DNA of 62,417 nucleotides from Candidatus Nanoarchaeia archaeon (GTDB lineage Archaea; Nanobdellota; Nanobdellia; SCGC-AAA011-G17; JACPNG01): NCBI GenBank assembly GCA_028713535.1, contig JAQTOC010000004.1, positions 1 to 62,417 of the forward strand, read 5' to 3'. Shown piece by piece: positions 55,701 to 62,417 of this stretch (position 1 is its first letter; each line of letters starts with the position of its first letter). The notes under the pieces were generated by a model. It saw only the letters and a program-made list of their open reading frames with translations, ran no database searches and was not told where the DNA came from. The position numbers and the translations under genes were made by a program.

Positions 55701-55777
55701 AAAATACAAAAGTTGCGTTTACAAGTTGAAATATCTAAAAATGAAAAATTCTGGTTAATAAACTTTTCTATGATCCA

Positions 55778-56716
55778 TTACTTGCAAAATCTGGCCAATA
55801 AAGCCTGCAACTGTAAGAATTCATCAGAACCTTCAACCATCCTGAACTCAATTTCACCGCAGGCTTCAATCATGTCCATCCTTTTCTTGTCATCAACAGC
55901 TAAATTGATTATTTCTTTCTGTATTTGCTTGATAACATCTAATCCGCTTAGACCATGCTGCAGCATAACCTCCAGTAATCTTTCCCTTGCAGAAATAAAA
56001 TTGCCTTTTATTGCCTCTTCCAAAACCAATCTAACTTCTTTGGGTCTTGCAGCAGATACAACTTTGTAGATAGCTTCCTCAGTTACGTTTTTATTTAAAA
56101 CAGCGCAGCTCTGTAATATATTGACTATCCTTCTTAAGTCTCCCTCACTGGTTTCATAAAGTGCGTCTATTGCCTTGTTTTCTACTTTTATTCCTTCATT
56201 CTTTGAAATAAAACTAACATAATCCTCAATGTCTTTTTTCTGTAAAGGTTTAAAATTAAAAATACTGCATCTTGAATGTATTGGGTCTATGATCTTGCTT
56301 GCATAATTGCAGCTTAAAACAAACCTTGCATTGTTTGTAAAATTCTCCATAGTCCTTCTTAATGCATGCTGCGCTTCTTTCGTCAAGGAGTCAGATTCAT
56401 CTAAATAAATTAACTTAAAAGGAACATTTCCCATTGCTTTTGTTCTTGCAAAATCCTTTATTGTATTCCTGATAACATCAATGCCTCTCTCATCTGAAGC
56501 ATTTAGCTCAAGTAAATTTTCTCTCCAGTTTTCTCCTTTGTACAATTCCCTTGCTACAACTAAGGCTAATGAAGTTTTACCAACGCCAGCAGGGCCGGAA
56601 AACAACAAATGCGGGACATTCTTGTCCTTGACCATGGCTTTTATTCTTTCAACTATTCTATCCTGTCCCTTAATATCCTCAAATGTTTTTGGCCTGTATT
56701 TTTCTGTCCATAGCAT
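55778..56716 (-). CDS. rfcS: Replication factor C small subunit
   Basis: MLWTEKYRP, GPAGVGKTS, IYLDESD and SRC motif (IHSRCSIF). 312 aa, with no intein. Confidence 0.9.
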   Translation of the reverse strand: MLWTEKYRPKTFEDIKGQDRIVERIKAMVKDKNVPHLLFSGPAGVGKTSLALVVARELYKGENWRENLLELNASDERGIDVIRNTIKDFARTKAMGNVPFKLIYLDESDSLTKEAQHALRRTMENFTNNARFVLSCNYASKIIDPIHSRCSIFNFKPLQKKDIEDYVSFISKNEGIKVENKAIDALYETSEGDLRRIVNILQSCAVLNKNVTEEAIYKVVSAARPKEVRLVLEEAIKGNFISARERLLEVMLQHGLSGLDVIKQIQKEIINLAVDDKKRMDMIEACGEIEFRMVEGSDEFLQLQALLARFCK

Positions 56717-56800
56717 AGAGAAAAAACAAACAAGTCTATTTATATAAATTTAGGTGTTGTTCAAAAACCTTTATAAATCTCGTTCTTTATTTAAAAAACC

Positions 56801-59647
56801 ATGTACGACCATAAGAACGTAGAAGAAACAATACTGAAATATTGGCAGTCTAATCAGATTTATGAAAAATTAAAGAAAAAGCTGAAAGGAAAAAGAAAAT
56901 TCTACTTCTTGGATGGTCCGCCTTACACTTCTGGAAAACTCCATATAGGTCATGCATGGAACTATGCATTAAAAGATCAGATTTTAAGATATAAAAGAAT
57001 GAATAATTTTGATGTCTGGGACAGAGCCGGTTATGACATGCACGGATTGCCAACAGAAAACAAGGTGCAGAAGCAGCTCAAGTTCAAGGATAAAAAGCAG
57101 ATTGAAGAATACGGTATTGACAAGTTCATAAAAGAATGCAGGAAATTTGCAACAGAAAACATGAAAGTCATGAACACAGACCAAAAAAGGTTTGGTGCTT
57201 GGCTGGACTTTGACAACGCATATCAGCCAATTAAAAACGAGTACATGGAATCAGAATGGTGGTTGATTAAGCAAGCCTATGAAAAAAAGCGTTTGTACAA
57301 AGGTAATAAGGTAATGACCTGGTGCCATTCATGCGAGACTGGTTTGGCTAAGCATGAGCTTGAATACAAGGAAGTTGAAGACGATTCTATTTTTGTAAAG
57401 TTTAAAATTGAAGATTCAGAAAATGAATTTTTAATAATTTGGACAACCACTCCCTGGACAATTGCATTTAATCTTGGGATAATGGTCAACCCAGAGCTTG
57501 AATATGTAAAAGTAAAGGTAAAAGATGAAATATGGGTTTTAGCAAAAGGCCTTGCAAACATAATCATAAGAAACTTCACAGATGAAAAAGATTTAAACAT
57601 AATTGAAGAATTCAGGGGAGACAAACTAAAAGGCACTCATTACGTTCATCCATTCTATGGTGAATTGAAAAAACATTACGACGACTTGAAAAAACAATCA
57701 AAGAATGTTTTCTCAGTTGTGTTGTCAGAGCAATACGTTGATTTGTCAGCAGGAACTGGCTTAGTCCATATGGCTCCTGGCTGCGGCCCAGAAGATTTTG
57801 AAGTTGGAAAGGAAAACAACATTCCTGCATTTAATAATCTAGATGAACAGGGAAACTACCCAAATACAATGGGAATTTTTTCTGGATTAAACGCTAAAAA
57901 AGATAACCATAAGTTCACAGAAGCTCTTGAAAAAAAAGGGGTTCTAATTGCAACAACAAAAGTTCCTCACGAATATCCTCACTGCTGGAGATGCAAAAAT
58001 CCTGTGATATTTAAATTAACAGACCAGTGGTTCTTCAGAATAGAAGACTTAGTCCCAAAAATGATTGAAGACAATAAAAAAATAAAATGGGTTCCAGAAG
58101 AGTCCTCATTAAGATACGAGAATTGGATTAAAAACTTAAAGGATAATGCAATAACCAGGCAGAGATACTGGGGGACTCCTGCTCCAATCTGGATATGTGA
58201 CAAATGCAAAGACATCCATGTGGTTGGCAGCTTAAAAGAACTAAAAGGATTAGCTGGAAAAATTCCAGAAGATATTCACAAGCCATGGATAGATGAAGTC
58301 ACATTTAAGTGTAAAAAGTGCTCTGGACAGATGAAAAGGATTCCAGATATACTTGATGTATGGATAGATTCAGGGGTCGCATCCTGGGCATGCATAAACT
58401 ATCCAGATACAGAAGAACTTTTCAAAAAACTCTGGCCAGCAGATTTAGTTTTGGAAGGAACAGAGCAAACAAGGCTGTGGTTTTACATGCTCAACCTAGT
58501 CTCAAGGATGATGTTTAACAAATCATGCTACAAAAATGCCTACACCCATGGAATGCTGAGAGATGTAGAAGGAGTAAAGATGTCAAAGTCTCTTGGAAAT
58601 ATTATTTCTCCTTATGACATAGTTGAGCAGTACGGAGTTGATACTCTGAGATACTACACCACATCCAATGCTGCAGGCATAGACATGAATTACACAAAGG
58701 AAGAGATTAATTTAAAATTCAGGAATCTTTCAATCCTCATTAACACAGTTAATTATTTATTGGGTTATTCTCCAGAAGATTTGCCAACCAAAAAAATCTC
58801 AAAGCTAAGCATTGAAGATACTTTTATGGTTTCAAGGACAAATTCAATTCTCAAAAGAATAACAGACGCAATGGAAAACTATGAGCTTGACAAATCCCCT
58901 GTTCTTGTTGAAGAACTTTATTTAGATTTATCAAGGATTTACATTAAACTAACGAGAGAAAGATCAGACTCAATAGAGGTATTAAAAACAATCTATGACT
59001 CATTGATGGTTATATTGAAAGTATTTTCAATCACAGCTCCGTTCATTACCGAACATTTATACTTAAAGCTAAAGGAGAAATTCAACCTAAAGGAAGAATC
59101 AATACATCACTTTGAATGGCCTAAGTATAATAACAAGTTAATCGATGAAAAGCTTGAAGAATCTTTTATTTATATGTCAGAAATAATTCAGGAAATACTC
59201 TCCCAGAGGGAAAAAGCCCAGATTGGTGTAAGATGGCCTCTTCCATTAGTTGAAATAACAAGCATACAAAAAGAAATACTTGATTCAGTTAAGTTAACTA
59301 AAGATCTAATTCTAACGCAGACAAACATCAAAGAGTTAAAGTTGGAAAGAAAAGAAACTCCAACAAGGTTTGAAATTAAGTTAGAAACCAAAATGGACAA
59401 GTCTCTTGAGCAGGAAGGCTTCAGGAGAGAATTAACAAGAAGGGTTCAAGAGTTAAGAAAGAAAAACAAACTGGTAAAGGAAAATAAGATTGAGTTGTTT
59501 ATTGAAAGCAATTATGAGCTTGGGGATTTAACAGAACTAAAAGAAACTGTTGGTGCACTTTCTGTTTCATTTAAGGGAACAGGAAAGATTATTTCTAAGG
59601 AAAACATAAAAGGAAAGGAATTCAAGATTAGTTTCAATACTAAATAG
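56801..59647 (+). CDS. ileS: Isoleucine--tRNA ligase (class Ia aaRS)
   Basis: DGPPYTSGKLHIGHAWNY, GYDMHGLPTE, TRQRYWGTPAPIW, KMSKSLGN. The specificity is inferred from these motifs and the 948-aa length. Confidence 0.8.
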   Translation: MYDHKNVEETILKYWQSNQIYEKLKKKLKGKRKFYFLDGPPYTSGKLHIGHAWNYALKDQILRYKRMNNFDVWDRAGYDMHGLPTENKVQKQLKFKDKKQIEEYGIDKFIKECRKFATENMKVMNTDQKRFGAWLDFDNAYQPIKNEYMESEWWLIKQAYEKKRLYKGNKVMTWCHSCETGLAKHELEYKEVEDDSIFVKFKIEDSENEFLIIWTTTPWTIAFNLGIMVNPELEYVKVKVKDEIWVLAKGLANIIIRNFTDEKDLNIIEEFRGDKLKGTHYVHPFYGELKKHYDDLKKQSKNVFSVVLSEQYVDLSAGTGLVHMAPGCGPEDFEVGKENNIPAFNNLDEQGNYPNTMGIFSGLNAKKDNHKFTEALEKKGVLIATTKVPHEYPHCWRCKNPVIFKLTDQWFFRIEDLVPKMIEDNKKIKWVPEESSLRYENWIKNLKDNAITRQRYWGTPAPIWICDKCKDIHVVGSLKELKGLAGKIPEDIHKPWIDEVTFKCKKCSGQMKRIPDILDVWIDSGVASWACINYPDTEELFKKLWPADLVLEGTEQTRLWFYMLNLVSRMMFNKSCYKNAYTHGMLRDVEGVKMSKSLGNIISPYDIVEQYGVDTLRYYTTSNAAGIDMNYTKEEINLKFRNLSILINTVNYLLGYSPEDLPTKKISKLSIEDTFMVSRTNSILKRITDAMENYELDKSPVLVEELYLDLSRIYIKLTRERSDSIEVLKTIYDSLMVILKVFSITAPFITEHLYLKLKEKFNLKEESIHHFEWPKYNNKLIDEKLEESFIYMSEIIQEILSQREKAQIGVRWPLPLVEITSIQKEILDSVKLTKDLILTQTNIKELKLERKETPTRFEIKLETKMDKSLEQEGFRRELTRRVQELRKKNKLVKENKIELFIESNYELGDLTELKETVGALSVSFKGTGKIISKENIKGKEFKISFNTK

Positions 59648-59663
59648 ATACATCCCTATACTA

Positions 59664-59705
59664 TAAAAATAAAAAAAGTCTCCCTCTTTTTTAAGGAAGG
59701 AGACT
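59664..59705 (-). terminator. Intrinsic-type terminator for 59729..61516 (also lies 30 nt after the ileS stop)
   Basis: AGTCTCC (59677-59683) pairs with GGAGACT (59699-59705). On the minus strand the hairpin is followed by UUUUUUUAUUUUU. Confidence 0.55.
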
Positions 59706-59728
59706 TGAATGTTCTTCGAAGATGGACA

Positions 59729-61516
59729 TTAGAAGCAGACGGAGTTGCAAACTCCTTGGTTAAGTTGCAGATAAGTGCACATCACATTCCGATCCTCAAA
59801 CGTCGCTTCTGCAGCAGTTACCGAGATAGTCTTGCTGAATACAACTTGGTTATAATCAACGTCGATAACCTTGAAAGTCCCGTTTTTGTACTCGGTCCTG
59901 AAATGTCTCATAGCCTTAGGGGCAATACCTCCAAACCGGAGTATGTTATCATAAGAGCTGCAGGTCTTGCTGTGGCCACCCTGCGGTCCAATAGCGTAAT
60001 TGTATGGAGCCTCATCATAAGAACAGGTTTCAGAGGTATTTATGAGATACCAATCTTTAGAGAATCCATCTGAAGGAAGTCCTGTCCATGTAGTTTGGCT
60101 CGTAGCCAAGTCTTTGCATTTGTCACAGTTTACCTTAGTGGAACAGGTGTTAAGGTGGTGGTTTTGGTTCATAACGATTTTACCCTTGAAAGAAACAGGA
60201 ACTCCATCAAGTTTAACTGAAAGATTCGTGTAGCCATCTCTCAAGGAATAGATATAATCTAGAACAGTCCCAGCTGCATAGAGATATGATCCAATTCCCG
60301 GTCTTCCTTTTTCACCCTTACCATTGGTACAGGAATCATAAATAAGCTCATATCCTTTGTTACAGGGATTCAGTTGAACGCAGTCACATTTAGTGACAGG
60401 ACAGCATCCGCGAGCATCATTGACAACCAGCTGCCCACAATATTTCCCAAAATCAGGATAAATGTGGACAATCTCTACGTTGTTGCCTACTTGCTCAAGA
60501 ATCTCAGAGGTTCCGTCCCCAAACTTCATTACCACTGTATAAGGACCTTCTCCGCCACGGATGGAAATGTGATATACCACCTTGGTGTTTTCACACCAAG
60601 AATCATACTGGACATCAACCATCAACTTATCCAGGACTTTCTCGGTAGTTTTTGTGGTGTGTGTAACCGTGACTGGGATAGGAAAATGGTAAGGAGTAGA
60701 ATTATTATAATCAAGATTACTGAACCTTATCTCAGAATCAGATCCAAGAGGAATTGAGAGTTTAACGTACATGCTCTCATAGTTTCCCCAAGGGAACGAG
60801 ACATTTTCCTCTCCCAAATGGTATTTTTCCCATCCTGCGCCAAGTATTAAGCTGTCAAAAAGCTGGAACTCAGCTCCGATGGAGAATTGATACGCATCCA
60901 TACCTGTCGCACATAGCCCTTCTCCTTGAAGTCTCATAAAATCAAAGGGCACGATAATCGTTTCAAACCCCCAATACTCCAGAGGTTTGAGAAGGGTTGT
61001 TGTAATCTCTGTGCTCAGATATACACTTGTTTCATCGCACCAAATCTCAGGTATAGATACCTGATCCAGGATAATTGGATCAGATATGGGAAAAGCGTAA
61101 AACGCGGTAAGTGAAAATCTGGAGAACCTCATAGTAAGACTTGGTCTGCCTTGAAGCAAGGTAAACCCATCTTTAAGTAGTCCCTCCACAAAACCGTCAA
61201 CGATGATGGGTCCCAATTTAAAACCCAATCCTGTCGAGAAACCGTACTCTTGGAAATTCTCCCCCGCATTCATTCTGAACGCTGTCTGAATGTGGATTAC
61301 GTCCCAGAGATAGTCTGCAAATAACAAATCCCCGTTCAGCAGGAGTTTTCCATCTTCTCCTGTTCTCCCTGTAAAGAAGAACGAAAAATCTGGACTATCC
61401 TCTTCTTTAGCATTTTCCTTGGTTTCATTTACAGCAAACGTGAAAGGGGAAAAGAGGAAAATCAAAACCAACAGCACGATCACTTCTTTAGTGATTATTT
61501 TACAAAAATTAGCCAT
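59729..61516 (-). CDS. Secreted protein: beta-strand-rich N-terminal half, PKD domain, Cys-rich C-terminal domain
   Basis: Signal peptide. PKD signature GGEGPYTVVMKFGDGTS...VHIYPDFGKYCGQLVVNDARG. Strong AAGGAGGT Shine-Dalgarno 5 nt before the ATG. Visibly G+C-richer than its neighbours. Confidence 0.65.
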   Translation of the reverse strand: MANFCKIITKEVIVLLVLIFLFSPFTFAVNETKENAKEEDSPDFSFFFTGRTGEDGKLLLNGDLLFADYLWDVIHIQTAFRMNAGENFQEYGFSTGLGFKLGPIIVDGFVEGLLKDGFTLLQGRPSLTMRFSRFSLTAFYAFPISDPIILDQVSIPEIWCDETSVYLSTEITTTLLKPLEYWGFETIIVPFDFMRLQGEGLCATGMDAYQFSIGAEFQLFDSLILGAGWEKYHLGEENVSFPWGNYESMYVKLSIPLGSDSEIRFSNLDYNNSTPYHFPIPVTVTHTTKTTEKVLDKLMVDVQYDSWCENTKVVYHISIRGGEGPYTVVMKFGDGTSEILEQVGNNVEIVHIYPDFGKYCGQLVVNDARGCCPVTKCDCVQLNPCNKGYELIYDSCTNGKGEKGRPGIGSYLYAAGTVLDYIYSLRDGYTNLSVKLDGVPVSFKGKIVMNQNHHLNTCSTKVNCDKCKDLATSQTTWTGLPSDGFSKDWYLINTSETCSYDEAPYNYAIGPQGGHSKTCSSYDNILRFGGIAPKAMRHFRTEYKNGTFKVIDVDYNQVVFSKTISVTAAEATFEDRNVMCTYLQLNQGVCNSVCF

Positions 61517-61732
61517 GATAACCTCCTTATTTGGTTTAGACTAATTACTTTCAACTCTCCAGCCTATTCCAATGCAATCAGAAATAAAAAGAAAGTCCTT
61601 CGTAAAGAACCTCTTTTTAATAACAACAACCTTATGGAAAAAGGCTGGAAAAACAATTTAATCAATTAAAAACCTTTATAAATACCTTTAAATACCTTTC
61701 TGTTCTATTTATAAACACCATTTTAAGGGGGG

Positions 61733-62290
61733 ATTAAAATCGCAGAGCAAAAACTAGACATAAAGATTGTTAATATTGTCGCAACCACCTCTTTAGAGAG
61801 AGATATTCCACTAATAAAATTAGCAGAAACATTGCCAAATACAGAGTACAACCCAGAGCAATTCCCTGGCCTGGTAATGAGAATTAAAGAGCCAAAAACA
61901 TCTGCATTAGTTTTCAGCTCAGGAAGGATTGTATGTACCGGAGCTAAATCCATGGCAAAGGTAAAAGATTCAATTAATGCTATAATAAAAAATATAGAAA
62001 AAATAAAGATAAAAATCAAGTCTCACACTCCAATTAAGGTGCAGAACATGGTTGGCTCAGGTTCAGTTGGATTAGATCTAAACCTGAACAACCTTACAAT
62101 GACTCTTGAAAATACAGACTATGAGCCAGAACAGTTCCCCGGATTAGTATATAAACTCCCAGGAACAAGGGCAACATTCTTGCTATTCAGCAACGGAAAG
62201 ATTGTCTGCACAGGAACAAAATCCGAAAAGGATCTGAGAGATGCAGTTATCAAGCTTATAGGGGTTCTAAAAAAACACAATAAAAAATAA
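61733..62290 (+). CDS. tbp: TATA-box binding protein
   Basis: Two TBP repeats (NIVATTSLERDIPL..EYNPEQFPGLVMRIKEPKTSALVFSSGRIVCTGAKS and QNMVGSGSVGLDLNL..DYEPEQFPGLVYKL..ATFLLFSNGKIVCTGTKS). The 5' end is uncertain: there is no in-frame ATG/GTG/TTG upstream of repeat 1 (see finding). Confidence 0.85.
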   Translation: MKIAEQKLDIKIVNIVATTSLERDIPLIKLAETLPNTEYNPEQFPGLVMRIKEPKTSALVFSSGRIVCTGAKSMAKVKDSINAIIKNIEKIKIKIKSHTPIKVQNMVGSGSVGLDLNLNNLTMTLENTDYEPEQFPGLVYKLPGTRATFLLFSNGKIVCTGTKSEKDLRDAVIKLIGVLKKHNKK

Positions 62291-62348
62291 ATTCTTTTTT
62301 ATATAAATCCTTATAATCCCCCTGTACCTGATTTAAAAAGAGGTAGAA

Positions 62349-62417
62349 ATGGACGTTCAAGAACAGATTGAAAAATTTCAGGAGTTTCTTAGAGAAGAGT
62401 ATGAAAAAGAGCTGCAT
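62349..62417 (+). CDS. 5' fragment of a CDS running off the window (possibly MCM-like N-terminus)
   Basis: AGAGGT Shine-Dalgarno, then MDVQEQIEKFQEFLREEYEKELH. Only 23 codons are visible, so the product call is a guess. Confidence 0.3.
   Translation, partial: MDVQEQIEKFQEFLREEYEKELH

Noticed and set aside
1-62417. CRISPR arrays, rRNA genes, transposases, integrases, prophage structural genes, inteins
   Set aside because: I looked for regularly spaced direct repeats, rRNA-like conserved words, DDE/serine/tyrosine recombinase motifs, and inteins in RFC/PCNA/aaRS genes, and found none. The only clear repeats are the paralogous genes and the hairpins listed above.

Overview
AT-rich archaeal chromosomal segment (62.4 kb). 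Gene content and composition suggest a small-genome DPANN-type archaeon (inference). It is densely packed with archaeal information-processing genes: PCNA, TFS, RpoL, MBF1, aRF1, ValRS, IleRS, tRNA-Phe, S19e/L39e/L31e, Cbf5, Hjc, RFC large and small subunits, TBP and ScpB. These are interleaved with a large investment in envelope and surface biology. There are three roughly 1000-aa cysteine-rich secreted proteins; two are translationally coupled (ATGA overlap) to an upstream prepilin-like (class III signal peptide) gene, and the third lies immediately upstream of one such pair. There is also a thioredoxin/GT2/GT-C glycosylation cluster and a MoxR-DUF58-VWA operon next to large anchored surface proteins. 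Five items are not explained by ordinary annotation and seem most worth follow-up. (i) A ~1.4-kb ORF-free, visibly G+C-enriched, helix-dense region at 14.04-15.45 kb looks like one large plus one small structured RNA on the minus strand and matches no RNA family I can recognise by eye. (ii) A second ~0.45-kb structured RNA lies between the two RFC genes and has only weak RNase P-like motifs. (iii) The prepilin-like + giant protein cassette occurs twice. (iv) A two-gene HEPN + winged-helix island sits on the opposite strand to its neighbours. (v) Several G+C-richer genes carry hairpin/U-tract terminators, and one is preceded by a compact four-way-junction leader. I recognised no CRISPR array, rRNA operon, transposase or integrase. 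All compositional statements are by eye; nothing was computed.
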